A model generated the notes under the pieces. That model was not told the DNA's origin. It saw nothing but the letters and a program-made list of their open reading frames with translations, and made no database searches. The translations under genes were made by a program, and so were the position numbers. Source: Candidatus Cryptobacteroides sp. (GTDB lineage: Bacteria > Bacteroidota > Bacteroidia > Bacteroidales > UBA932). Taken from it: 64,000 bases of DNA. The stretch lies in the NCBI GenBank assembly GCA_051878275.1, contig JBJEJU010000061.1:890-64889 (forward strand), written 5' to 3'. Position 1 is the stretch's first letter. Each line of letters starts with the position of its first letter. Positions 10,158 through 19,225 of this stretch are shown here, piece after piece.

Positions 10158-10949
10158 CTATCCCAAAAAGTCCTTTTCCTTTGTCAGATTGTCGATTGTA
10201 TTGCGTTTGCCCGGCTCGGTACGGTATGTCACCTTCACGAAAGCCGAGTCCTTTAGGAAGTCCACGGAGCCTATTTCAATCTCCTCCACCTTTATGCCTG
10301 TGCGCTTTTCGATGTCGGCTATGAGTTCCGCCCTCTTTTCAGGCACAATCAGGTCGATGCGGTCATAGGTGATGAGCTTGGTCGAGCGGTCCTTGATGAA
10401 ACTGCGCGACTCCAGGAACCAGATGAGGCCGATGAGGAGCAGGTTCACGAGCAGAAGCTCGGCATACGAGATATTGAGCGCCAGACCGTTGATGACAGAT
10501 ACGGCTATGATTATGAACAGATATGTCATCTCCCTTACCGGGACTGTCTCGGTCCTGTACCTTATCATCCCGAAAATCGCGAAGAGTCCCAGGGCAAAGC
10601 CTATCTGCATCTTGACGTTTTCCATCACGAAAAGCAGCAGGAACATCGCGGACGAGAAGATCATGAATGTAAAGAAATAGTCCCTCCTGTGGCTTTTGCG
10701 GTAATAGAAAAAGCCCACTATTATGAGGGAGACCAGCAGGTTGAAGCCGAAATTGAGCAGCAGGTGCATTACACTCTGCGGGTCGAAAAGAGGGATCCCG
10801 AGAAATGTGGCCGTCTCCCTGACCTCATAGCCGAATTCCGCCGCAATCGACGGGTCAAAATCCGAAAATGCGCCCGAAAGCGTATCTGCCGCCTCCACGG
10901 ACATATTCTGCGCTGCCGAGAAAGGAACTGTAATGTTCAAAAGGTTCAT
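10158..10949 (-). CDS. DUF4956 membrane protein
   Basis: About five TM helices, signature GFALGLFAIFGMIRYRT...REMTYLF and a small soluble C-terminal domain. ATGA overlap with the VTC gene. Confidence 0.85.
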   Translation of the reverse strand: MNLLNITVPFSAAQNMSVEAADTLSGAFSDFDPSIAAEFGYEVRETATFLGIPLFDPQSVMHLLLNFGFNLLVSLIIVGFFYYRKSHRRDYFFTFMIFSSAMFLLLFVMENVKMQIGFALGLFAIFGMIRYRTETVPVREMTYLFIIIAVSVINGLALNISYAELLLVNLLLIGLIWFLESRSFIKDRSTKLITYDRIDLIVPEKRAELIADIEKRTGIKVEEIEIGSVDFLKDSAFVKVTYRTEPGKRNTIDNLTKEKDFLG

Positions 10950-11731
10950 ATCAATCTTGTATTTGTCATTTTTTCAACATATCTGATGCGCTGCTTGAAG
11001 CGTCCCCTTGACACTCCCGGCTCCGTGAGGGCCACAGCGAAGCAGTATTTGCTTATCCTCGCGGGGAATACGCGGTGCTCCAGCAGGATCCCCTTCATCT
11101 GCGAGGCAGCCCTGCCGTCCTGCTTGAGCTCGATTATCACGGCATCCGCAAGGGCAGCCTGCGAGCTGTGACGGAAATTGGTGAAAGCCAGGCAGGTATC
11201 TATGGTGAGCCTCTCTGTCCCCGCCGGATTGACCAGGGTTATTCTCCTGAACGATGTACCGGCTTCCGGGGAGAGCTGCGTGGCAGTCCACCAGGAATGG
11301 GATGCAAGGTACTCAGCCGCTCCGGCAGACCGCCCGAAGTCCATCACCGCATCGGAAGGTATTGCAGTGCGTTTTTTCTTTGTGCGGCCGCGGTTGTTCT
11401 TGTGCTTGATTTCCAGGAAGGTCTCCCCTGTCATATATGTGCGCACACGGACTTTCTCCCTGACCTTCCTGCCGCTGTGATGCATACGGTACATCTCAAG
11501 GCCGGGGGTGTCGTAATAGACCGAATCATAGTCCTGCACCCTACTTCCGCATATTTCGAAGACACGGTATCCCGCCGCAGATGCATCCTGGAGTATCTCC
11601 ACAAGCCTCCGCTCAGTGGTCACATACTTGGTGTCGATGCGGTTCATAAGACGTATGGAGTCCATCTCCGCAAGGGTGATGGGACTCATCGATGCAATGG
11701 CGGGAAGATGTTCGAAATCTATGTGCGTCAT
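10946..11731 (-). CDS. VTC-domain (polyphosphate polymerase-like, CYTH/TTM) protein
   Basis: RIDTKY, SVYYD, KVRVRTY, FLEIKHK, RITL, ERLTID, IIELK and SKY tunnel motifs. No signal peptide. Confidence 0.9.
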   Translation of the reverse strand: MTHIDFEHLPAIASMSPITLAEMDSIRLMNRIDTKYVTTERRLVEILQDASAAGYRVFEICGSRVQDYDSVYYDTPGLEMYRMHHSGRKVREKVRVRTYMTGETFLEIKHKNNRGRTKKKRTAIPSDAVMDFGRSAGAAEYLASHSWWTATQLSPEAGTSFRRITLVNPAGTERLTIDTCLAFTNFRHSSQAALADAVIIELKQDGRAASQMKGILLEHRVFPARISKYCFAVALTEPGVSRGRFKQRIRYVEKMTNTRLI

Positions 11732-12150
11732 TTTTCCACTATATATTCGAACACCTTGATTGTCTTGAGCTTGCCGTTTGGCAGATAATTGTACTGCTTC
11801 TTCTTGGTACCGTCCTCGTTGTACTCGTATTTGCGGATGAGCTGGGGCTTGTCGCGGTCGTCGTAATATACCTCTTTCACAATCCTGCCGTTGTCCCCGT
11901 ACTCGTAGGTCTCACGCCATTTCTGGCCGTAGCTTGCATACTCTATCTCCTCAATCTTGCGTCCTTCCGAATCGTAGGTCGTCACCCTGTCGAGCCAGCG
12001 TGTCTTTGTCTTGGCATCCGTATTCCATTCCTTTATGGTCATATTGCGGCGCGCCTCCCTTTTGGCGAGTTCGGCTTCGGTGAGATTCTGCGCGGACGCG
12101 GCGGCGCATACTGAGAAAATGAAAAACAGTGCAATGAAGAATCGTTTCAT
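11728..12150 (-). CDS. Secreted small protein with YD-like beta-hairpin repeats
   Basis: Signal peptide (AASA-Q) and repeats TYDSEGRK / EYGDNGRI / EYNEDGTK / YLPNGKL. ATGA overlap with VTC. Confidence 0.8.
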   Translation of the reverse strand: MKRFFIALFFIFSVCAAASAQNLTEAELAKREARRNMTIKEWNTDAKTKTRWLDRVTTYDSEGRKIEEIEYASYGQKWRETYEYGDNGRIVKEVYYDDRDKPQLIRKYEYNEDGTKKKQYNYLPNGKLKTIKVFEYIVEK

Positions 12151-12171
12151 ATCTTATTGTTTTATAATCTG

Positions 12172-13431
12172 TTATTGATTGCTGTCCTGGTCAGCGGGCA
12201 TTCCGCGCGCCGAAAGTGAATCCACGATTGAGGCAAACGCCTTTCCGAGCGAATCGAGCTGCGGAAGGTACTCGGGGCTGATCGGGTCCGCAGCCGGGGA
12301 CTCCATGGTAAGCGGATTGATCGGGGTGCCGTTTTTCCATACCCTGAAATCGAGATGCGGCCCTGTGGCAGTACCGGTCATGCCCACATATCCTATCACC
12401 TGTCCCTGGCTCACCCTCTGGCCTACCTTCAGGCCTGAAGCATACTTGGAAAGATGCATATAGGAGGTGGTATAGACCGAATTGTGACGGATCTTGACTG
12501 TATTTCCCCCGCCTCCGGCCCAGCCCTTGCTGATGACTGTCCCGTCGCCGATGCTCATCACCGGAGTACCTGTCGGAGCAGCATAATCGACTGCCGTATG
12601 CGGCCGCACGGTACCGTGGACAGGGTGTTTCCTGTGGTAAGAAAAGCCCGAGGAGATGCGTTTGAACTGGAGCGGGGCCTTCAGGAAAGCCTTGCGCAGG
12701 CTTTCCCCGTCCGGCGCCCAATAGAGGTTGCCCCCGTCCCCGGTGTCGAGCCTTATTGCCGGAATATCCTTATCCCCGCGCGAGAAAAGCGAATAATGGA
12801 TTGCGCTGATGTCGATGATTTCCCCCTCACACACCCTCTCGTCATAGATTACCCTGAAGCGGTCGCCGTCCTGGAGACCGAAGAAATCGACAGTCCAGGC
12901 ATAGATGTCCGACAGGTCAAGAATCAGCTGCACCGGCGCATCGGCAGCCTTCATATCGTTCCAGAGCGAAGAATGGATGGTGACATCAGCAAACCGGTGG
13001 AGGGTGTCAACCTGCCGTGAAGCCGTCCAGGCGCCATATGGCTCCGTGCAGCGGAAAACGGTCATATCCACCCTGTTGTTGTCATATATCAGGTAGCTCA
13101 GCTTCCCGATGCTGTCGGGACCGGAGGTATAGTAGGCGTGGATTGCATTGCCGGAGCGGAGCTTGCGCATATCGAACACGCTGTCGCTCGCTGCAGCAAG
13201 CTCCATTGCACCGCCCTGGTCCATTCCGAGCCTGCGGAGCATGGTGGCAAACACTTCCCCGTTCTTTACGGCACCGTCCGCACAATAGAATGAATCGGTA
13301 CAGAATCCGAGCGGATAGACCGTGTCCTTCTTTTCGGACGGTTCCTCCAGCGACGGCGCCTTCCTGAAATTGCAGGACTGGCCCAGGAAAAGGGCGGATA
13401 CAAAGACGGCTACCAGTGTTATTGCTCTCAT
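12172..13431 (-). CDS. M23 family peptidoglycan DD-metalloendopeptidase (MepM-like lipoprotein)
   Basis: Lipobox [18 protein letters not shown] (HxxxD), YMHLS and GPHLDF. Confidence 0.9.
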   Translation of the reverse strand: MRAITLVAVFVSALFLGQSCNFRKAPSLEEPSEKKDTVYPLGFCTDSFYCADGAVKNGEVFATMLRRLGMDQGGAMELAAASDSVFDMRKLRSGNAIHAYYTSGPDSIGKLSYLIYDNNRVDMTVFRCTEPYGAWTASRQVDTLHRFADVTIHSSLWNDMKAADAPVQLILDLSDIYAWTVDFFGLQDGDRFRVIYDERVCEGEIIDISAIHYSLFSRGDKDIPAIRLDTGDGGNLYWAPDGESLRKAFLKAPLQFKRISSGFSYHRKHPVHGTVRPHTAVDYAAPTGTPVMSIGDGTVISKGWAGGGGNTVKIRHNSVYTTSYMHLSKYASGLKVGQRVSQGQVIGYVGMTGTATGPHLDFRVWKNGTPINPLTMESPAADPISPEYLPQLDSLGKAFASIVDSLSARGMPADQDSNQ

Positions 13432-13540
13432 AAAAAGGGATCGGTCAGTTGTTGTAACAATTCCGAAATGCTAATTTAATAAAAATATAACAAAATGCTT
13501 CATTCTTGCTAACTTTGCACTTGCAAAACGCGACTTTATC

Positions 13541-14257
13541 ATGGAGATAACACCTATAGCTGACTTCCGCTGTCCCCTGACCTCAAAATTCGGTGTCCCG
13601 CGCCAAAGCGGGGTTGTGCCGGATCTGGAGGGGACCATCGTATTCAGGCCGGAGTTCCGCTGCGACGATGCTCTCCGGGGCATTGAAGGGTTTGAGTACC
13701 TGTGGATTATATGGGAGTTCTCCGGGGCGGTCAGGAAAGGGTCGGAATACCGGCAGGATAGACCCGGATGGCAGCCGACAGTCCGTCCGCCGAGGCTCGG
13801 AGGCAATACAGCGATGGGTGTTTTCGCCACACGCTCCCCGTTCAGGCCCAACAGGTTGGGGCTGTCCTCCGTAAGGATTTCGTCCATTGGGCACGGCACT
13901 CCGGAGGGGACCGTCATCCGGGTCAGCGGCGCCGACCTTATGGACGGGACACCAATCTATGACATAAAGCCGTATGTGGCTTACTCTGATGCCCATCCCG
14001 GGGCCGGATGCGGATTTACCGATACGGTGCAGTGGGAGCCACTGGAGGTGTTTTTCCCGGAGCATCTGCAGGTTGCGGCAGCACGACTCGCAGGGCAGGA
14101 AAGCATCGCCGCCATCCGGGGACTTCTCGCCCAGGACCCGCGCCCGCGATACCACCACGACCCCGGCCGCATCTACGGGATGCCGTACGGGCATATGGAC
14201 GTGCGTTTCCGCGTGGAAGGAGGGAGAGTGCTGGTTACAGACATCAAAAAGATTTGA
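13541..14257 (+). CDS. trmO: tRNA (N6-threonylcarbamoyladenosine(37)-N6)-methyltransferase
   Basis: KFGVPRQSG, TVRPPRLGGN..MGVFATRSPFRPN, DLMDGTPIYDIKPY and QDPRP. A -7 box TAACTTTG lies at 13510-13517. Confidence 0.92.
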   Translation: MEITPIADFRCPLTSKFGVPRQSGVVPDLEGTIVFRPEFRCDDALRGIEGFEYLWIIWEFSGAVRKGSEYRQDRPGWQPTVRPPRLGGNTAMGVFATRSPFRPNRLGLSSVRISSIGHGTPEGTVIRVSGADLMDGTPIYDIKPYVAYSDAHPGAGCGFTDTVQWEPLEVFFPEHLQVAAARLAGQESIAAIRGLLAQDPRPRYHHDPGRIYGMPYGHMDVRFRVEGGRVLVTDIKKI

Positions 14258-14260
14258 GAT

Positions 14261-14434
14261 ATGGTTCCGAAAGATCCCGCCATGCTTGTGAGCTGGCTCA
14301 ACATGAAGATGAGGGACGAAGGAGTGTCCTTCGGAGAACTGTGCTGCAGGGAGGACCTGGACATGGAAGAAGTCTCTTCCCGACTCAAGGCCTCCGGATA
14401 CTGCTATGATCCCGATTCAAAGAGGTTCAGATAG
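14261..14434 (+). CDS. DUF4250 family small protein (57 aa)
   Basis: Hand-translated: MVPKDPAMLVSWLNMKMRDEGVSFGELCCREDLDMEEVSSRLKASGYCYDPDSKRFR. Starts 3 nt after the trmO stop and is below the ORF-track cutoff. Confidence 0.85.
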   Translation: MVPKDPAMLVSWLNMKMRDEGVSFGELCCREDLDMEEVSSRLKASGYCYDPDSKRFR

Positions 14435-14461
14435 ACACCCGCAGGGAGGTACAGACAGGCA

Positions 14462-14517
14462 AATTGTCTATATTATGGTCCAATTTGTCCATATTTGACA
14501 ATTATTTCGTATTTTTG
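14462..14517 (+). promoter_or_regulatory. Promoter with a 21-bp-spaced direct repeat (putative transcription-factor site)
   Basis: TTGTCTATATT (14464-14474) and TTGTCCATATT (14485-14495); -7 box TATTTTTG at 14510-14517. Confidence 0.5.
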
Positions 14518-14540
14518 GAAATACTAAACTCTGGACCTTG

Positions 14541-15242
14541 ATGAAAAGAACCCTATTGACGGCCGCAATCGCCGTTTTTATGACACTGGTATCCATGACG
14601 GAAGCCAGGGCTCAGTTCGGTATCTATATCGGATACCAGGCTGCACGATACACCGACAACGGCAAGATTGACGACAAGCCTTTCAACGGAGTCCGCCTGG
14701 AGATGGACTACACATGGATGTTCGGCAAATATTTCGGCACGGGAATCGGCGCCGGATATTCTTTTGACACGAGGGACAACGGGTCCTATTCATTTCCGGG
14801 AGAGGTTCTCGCCAATTTCTCTACACAGGAACAGTATGTCTATATCCCGCTCAAGCTGAAGGTCAACCTGCCCATCAGCGGGGACATCGCACTTGAAATT
14901 TCCGGAGGGCCATCGCTCTCCTATGCACTTGCCGGCTCCGACACGTTCGATTTCACCCAGGGGCTGGAAAATCCGCTGAGTTTCACCTACGATATGTACG
15001 CCGACCGCATCGAATCGGACGACCTCCCTTCTTATGTGATTGATGTGCTCAACAGCAGCCTCGAAAAGAGCAGGTACGAAAGGTTCGGAATCGACATGAC
15101 GGCAGGTGCCGGGCTCAGGATTTCCAAGAATGTCAGGATTGAAGGTGCAATGTCCTGGTACATGACCAACCAGCTCAAGAAATCGGCCGGGGGCAAGCTC
15201 AGCCGCAGGCTGTGGACGGCGGGAGTATCATTCCTGTTTTAG
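14541..15242 (+). CDS. Outer-membrane beta-barrel protein (PorT/OmpA-TM-like)
   Basis: Signal peptide ARA-Q, YVYIPLKLK, ISGGPSLSY and C-terminal AGVSFLF. Confidence 0.8.
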   Translation: MKRTLLTAAIAVFMTLVSMTEARAQFGIYIGYQAARYTDNGKIDDKPFNGVRLEMDYTWMFGKYFGTGIGAGYSFDTRDNGSYSFPGEVLANFSTQEQYVYIPLKLKVNLPISGDIALEISGGPSLSYALAGSDTFDFTQGLENPLSFTYDMYADRIESDDLPSYVIDVLNSSLEKSRYERFGIDMTAGAGLRISKNVRIEGAMSWYMTNQLKKSAGGKLSRRLWTAGVSFLF

Positions 15243-15295
15243 GAATCTTCCGTCATCATTTCTCACTTCCTTCTCCGGAGTCATGCCCCTGCAGT

Positions 15296-16003
15296 TCAGG
15301 GCAGGAGAATGTCGGCCAACTCCGTAAATGAGCCCGCCCTGACAAGCTTAGGATGGTCAAACTCCTCCGTCTTTTCGTGCTCCCAGGTAATCCTGAAAGG
15401 GATGAAGATCCCGCTGCCTCCAAGATCGAGCACAGGCTTTATGTCAGATTTGAACGAATTGCCCACCATCAGGAATTCTTCAATCCTGATACCCTCACGG
15501 GCACATATCCGGGCATATTCATCCGCATTCTTGTCGGACACTATCTCCACAAGGTCAAAAAAATCCGAAAGTCCCGACCTTTCGACCTTGATTTTCTGGT
15601 CAAGAAGGTCTCCCTTTGTGAGAAGTATCATCCTGTAGCGGCCCGAACGTCTTATCGCCCCGAGAGTCTCCCTCACCCCGGGCATCGGATTGCAGGGATT
15701 GCGCAGAATCGAAAGGCCGGCATCCAGTATGCGTGCGGTCATATCGCCGTCAAGGCTTCTTCCGGCAAGGGATACGGCTGTAGATATCAGGCTGATGGTA
15801 AAGGCTTTGGCTCCGTATCCGAGGGTAGGCATATTGGCCTCTTCCATTTCATAGAGCCTTGCCGACAACTCATCTTCCGTACCATATTCCTTCAGCACCT
15901 CCGCCCACCTGCTTTCCGCCTCGCGGAAAAGGGGTTCATTTTCCCACAGCGTGTCGTCCGCATCAAACGCCACTGCCCTTATATTTTCAAATCTCCTGTC
16001 CAT
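15296..16003 (-). CDS. HAD superfamily hydrolase
   Basis: FDADDTLW motif I, LTKGD and MVGNSFKSDI motif IV. Alternative start at 16018. Confidence 0.9.
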   Translation of the reverse strand: MDRRFENIRAVAFDADDTLWENEPLFREAESRWAEVLKEYGTEDELSARLYEMEEANMPTLGYGAKAFTISLISTAVSLAGRSLDGDMTARILDAGLSILRNPCNPMPGVRETLGAIRRSGRYRMILLTKGDLLDQKIKVERSGLSDFFDLVEIVSDKNADEYARICAREGIRIEEFLMVGNSFKSDIKPVLDLGGSGIFIPFRITWEHEKTEEFDHPKLVRAGSFTELADILLP

Positions 16004-16059
16004 TATTGTTTCAAGCATGCGGCTGACAAAAAAGGGAGCTTTTCAGTCAACCCCGGTTC

Positions 16060-16095
16060 AAAAAACGGACGGGCCGCCTCTGTGGCAGTCCGTCC
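16060..16095 (-). terminator. Intrinsic terminator of rpmE2
   Basis: Minus strand: GGACGGACTGCC-ACAGA-GGCGGCCCGTCC followed by GTTTTTT. Confidence 0.7.
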
Positions 16096-16116
16096 TTATA
16101 CCTGTGGCGACAGAAA

Positions 16117-16368
16117 CTACTTCTGGCGGCTCTTGTATCTCTGGTAGAATTTATCAACACGGCCGGCGGTGTCAACAAGCTTGACTTTGCCAGTGTAGAA
16201 CGGGTGAGAAGTGTTGGAAATCTCGACCTTTACAACCGGGTACTCAACTCCGTCAACCTCGAGGGTTTCCTTTGTGGTTGCGCAAGAGCGTGTGATGAAC
16301 ACGGTGTCGTTTGACATATCCTTGAAAGCTACAAGACGGTAGGTTTCGGGATGAATTCCTTTTTTCAT
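16117..16368 (-). CDS. rpmE2: 50S ribosomal protein L31 type B
   Basis: MKKGIHPETYRLVAFKD...EISNTSHPFYTGK..VDTAGRVDKF. A -7 box TAAATTTG lies at 16405-16412. Confidence 0.95.
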   Translation of the reverse strand: MKKGIHPETYRLVAFKDMSNDTVFITRSCATTKETLEVDGVEYPVVKVEISNTSHPFYTGKVKLVDTAGRVDKFYQRYKSRQK

Positions 16369-16473
16369 ATTATCAATTATTAATGTAATTTCATTTACAG
16401 ACAGCAAATTTAGTCATTCTTCATCTGAAATGCAAGTTTTTTCTTGAAAAAACCACGGAATATAAACAGGATC

Positions 16474-18471
16474 CTACAGATAATCGTCGAAATACAATGT
16501 CACCTTGTCCATCAGATGCACCCTGTCCTTGCCGAGGACATTGTGCTCGGCGCACGGATAAGGAAAATAGTCCACCCTGACATTGTTTTTGATGCATTCA
16601 CGGATAAAGCTGAGGCTGTGCTCCCATACCACGGTATTGTCGATTGCACCCTGGCAGATAAGGAGCTTTCCCTTGAGGTCCGCGGCCTTGCCGATAAGGC
16701 TTGTGAGGGCGAATCCTTCCGGATTGGTCTCCATGGTGTCCATATAACGCTCGCCGTACATGATCTCATACCACTTCCAGTCGATGACAGGCCCGCCGGC
16801 GACACCCACCTTGAATGTCTCAGGATAATTGGTCATCAGGGAGATTGTCATGAAGCCGCCGTAGCTCCATCCGTGCACTCCGATGCGGTCTGCATCCACC
16901 CACGGAAGGCTCTTGAGCATATTGACGCCCACCATCTGGTCAGCCATTTCCGCCTGTCCGCACTGACGGTGGATTGCCTGCTCGAAGTCACGGCCCCGGT
17001 TTTCCGTTCCGCGGTTGTCCTGGACATAGACCACATAGCCCTTCTGCGCCATATACTCCTCCCACATGCTGATGCCTCCGAGCCAGGAGTCCTGGACCAT
17101 CTGCGAGTGCGGACCGCCATAGACATAGACCACCACAGGATATTTGCGGGAAGGGTCAAAGTCCTTCGGCTTGTAGAGACGGTAATAGTTGTCGTATGCG
17201 CCGTCGGCGGAAGGAACGGTCCCGAACAGGATTTCTCCCGTGGAATAATCCTTGAGCGGATCCTCTGATTCAAAGGACAGGACCACGTCTGCAGGCTTGG
17301 CAGTACGCCTTACAGCCCATCTGCGCGGCACGTTGAAGGAAGACCAATAGTCGAAGAACAGGCTTCCGTCGGTACTGAAGGTGATATTGTGCCAGCCCTC
17401 TTCGGAAGTCATGCGCTGCGGTGCCCCGATTTTTGAATTCTGCACGCTGGCAGCCTTGCGGCCGCGTCCCGGGGTCACGCTGACCTTGAAAAGGTGGTTC
17501 TCGACCGGAGATACTTCGGCAGAGGTATAATAGACATCGTTGCCGAATACTCCCGCGATGGCGACGTCGGCATCGCATGGGGTAAGCCTGCGGACTGAGC
17601 CGAGGGTATCGCAGAGATAGAGGTTGCGGTAGCCGTCACGGTTGTTGGTCCGGTAGATGAAATGGTAGCTGTCGCCGATGAAGTAAAGGGCATCGAGCGG
17701 CTCCACATATTTGTCGCTGTCTTCCGTAAGGATTGTCTTTACGAATGATCCGTCATCAGTACGGTACATATTGAGCCTCATATGCTTCTGGGTACGGTCA
17801 AGCACCTGGATGAAGATGTGCCTGCCGTCCGGGGCCCAAGAGATGTTGGTCAGATAGCGGTCCGGGCCGAAGTCGTCGGCCTTGACATAGACCGTATTGC
17901 CGGTGGCAGTGTCGAAAATGCCGAGGCTTATGCGCTCGGATTCCATCCCGTTCATAGGATATTTGATGTTCCTGAGACTTCCTGTGCGGGTATTGATGTC
18001 GAGAAGCGGGAAATCGGTGACAAGGCTTTCGTCCTTGCGGTAGAAGGCAAGCATGGTGCGGTCGCCGGACCAGAAGATGCCTCCGTCGATACCGAACTCA
18101 TTGCGGCTCACGGTCTGTCCGTAGGTGATGTTGTCATCCCCGCTGATTGCAACCGGATGTTCCTCCCCAGCGCAGTCGATCCAGTAAAGGCTGTGTCCCC
18201 TTGTCACAGCTTCATTCTGCGGTGCAGGCTCTGCAGGAGTGTCAGTTACTGCCTTGCCGGAATCCTTTTCAGGATGGGCAAGAAGGTCATATGCATCGGC
18301 GTAATTGCCCCAGGAAGGGTACAGTTCACGCGAGAGCACGGCCTCTTCAATTGTGATTGTTTTTCCGTCGGACGGGCCGGCGGGATGGGTTGCGATGACT
18401 CCCGTCTGCGCAAAGGCAGCAGTACCGGTGACTGCAAGAAAGGCAGCCAAAAGTGCTTTTTTGGTTTTCAT
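16474..18471 (-). CDS. S9B prolyl peptidase (DPP IV family, PtpA-like prolyl tripeptidyl peptidase)
   Basis: Signal peptide, VSRNEFGIDGGIFWS, YVYGGPHSQ, GVHGWSYGG catalytic Ser, DNTV Asp and EHNV His. Confidence 0.9.
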   Translation of the reverse strand: MKTKKALLAAFLAVTGTAAFAQTGVIATHPAGPSDGKTITIEEAVLSRELYPSWGNYADAYDLLAHPEKDSGKAVTDTPAEPAPQNEAVTRGHSLYWIDCAGEEHPVAISGDDNITYGQTVSRNEFGIDGGIFWSGDRTMLAFYRKDESLVTDFPLLDINTRTGSLRNIKYPMNGMESERISLGIFDTATGNTVYVKADDFGPDRYLTNISWAPDGRHIFIQVLDRTQKHMRLNMYRTDDGSFVKTILTEDSDKYVEPLDALYFIGDSYHFIYRTNNRDGYRNLYLCDTLGSVRRLTPCDADVAIAGVFGNDVYYTSAEVSPVENHLFKVSVTPGRGRKAASVQNSKIGAPQRMTSEEGWHNITFSTDGSLFFDYWSSFNVPRRWAVRRTAKPADVVLSFESEDPLKDYSTGEILFGTVPSADGAYDNYYRLYKPKDFDPSRKYPVVVYVYGGPHSQMVQDSWLGGISMWEEYMAQKGYVVYVQDNRGTENRGRDFEQAIHRQCGQAEMADQMVGVNMLKSLPWVDADRIGVHGWSYGGFMTISLMTNYPETFKVGVAGGPVIDWKWYEIMYGERYMDTMETNPEGFALTSLIGKAADLKGKLLICQGAIDNTVVWEHSLSFIRECIKNNVRVDYFPYPCAEHNVLGKDRVHLMDKVTLYFDDYL

Positions 18472-18503
18472 ATCGTGTTATGTGCTTATCGTCAGCTATT
18501 TTC

Positions 18504-18947
18504 CTACAGGGACAACTCACCGTCGGTCTCGCTCTTGAACGCATGGGTGGACTTGACAGGCTCTGCAGCCTGCACTGATTCGATGCGGTCAACCACGGTC
18601 TTCTGCATCCCCCTCCACGGCAATGCCCCGAGATACTCCTTGTAGTGAAGCTCGACGGTGCGCCCGCTCAGGTGCATGAGGGAATCGGCAAGAGCCTCGT
18701 TCTCAACCGAAAACTCGAAGATATACGAAGCAATGGACGAACCGTTTGCCGTACCGCCCTTGAATCCTGACTGGATGAGGCGGCCCTCATAGGTCTTGAA
18801 AACATAGCCCTTGAGCATAAACTGGTTGAGCTCCCCGGACTTTACGCCCTCGCCGAAAACGAAGAAAAACTTGAAATAGCCGAATCCCGCAGCGGCGAGG
18901 ACAAGGATAAGGGCTATTGTCGAAATGACTTTTGTCTTGGTTGTCAT
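18504..18947 (-). CDS. Conserved membrane-anchored hypothetical protein
   Basis: N-terminal TM helix and EGVKSGEL..KGYVFKTYEGRL...LHYKE..LPWRG motif. Confidence 0.75.
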   Translation of the reverse strand: MTTKTKVISTIALILVLAAAGFGYFKFFFVFGEGVKSGELNQFMLKGYVFKTYEGRLIQSGFKGGTANGSSIASYIFEFSVENEALADSLMHLSGRTVELHYKEYLGALPWRGMQKTVVDRIESVQAAEPVKSTHAFKSETDGELSL

Positions 18948-19018
18948 AATGCCGATTTTTTATTGGCAGGGAACCGGAAGCGTCCGCAATACGGGCGCAA
19001 ACGGTCCGGGCCGGATGC

Positions 19019-19052
19019 AAAAAAAAGGTGGTGTGCCGGAAAACACACCACC
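19019..19052 (-). terminator. Intrinsic terminator downstream of tRNA-Glu
   Basis: Perfect 9-bp stem ggtggtgtg/cacaccacc followed by T8 on the minus strand. Confidence 0.8.
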
Positions 19053-19085
19053 CTAATCATAAGGCGGCGTTTCCGCCACCCGTTG

Positions 19086-19157
19086 TACTGGGTAGGAGAA
19101 TCGAACTCCTATTGCGAGATTGAGAATCTCGAGTACTAACCGTTATACGAACCCAGC
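19086..19157 (-). tRNA. tRNA-Glu (anticodon CTC)
   Basis: Minus strand: GCTGGGTTCGTATAACGGTTAGTACTCGAGATTCTCAATCTCGCAATAGGAGTTCGATTCTCCTACCCAGTA. Anticodon arm CGAGA-TTCTCAA-TCTCG, T-loop TTCGATT, CCA not encoded. Own promoter: TACCTTTG (19177-19184) and TTTG (19204-19207). Confidence 0.95.
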
Positions 19158-19225
19158 ATCTTGCGTTTTGGGATTACAAAGGTAGTCATTTTTTCCTATC
19201 TTCCAAACATTTCCCAAAACTTTTT

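Noticed and set aside
11728-12150. Rhs/YD polymorphic toxin remnant
   Set aside because: Intact signal peptide, translational coupling, and no Rhs core, toxin tip or immunity gene.
18504-18947. The '6-phosphogluconate dehydrogenase' label often given to this family
   Set aside because: Only 147 aa, has a TM anchor and no Rossmann GxGxxG motif.
18948-19157. tRNA as an integration site for an island
   Set aside because: No integrase, no duplicated tRNA 3' end noticed and no obvious compositional shift in the flanks.
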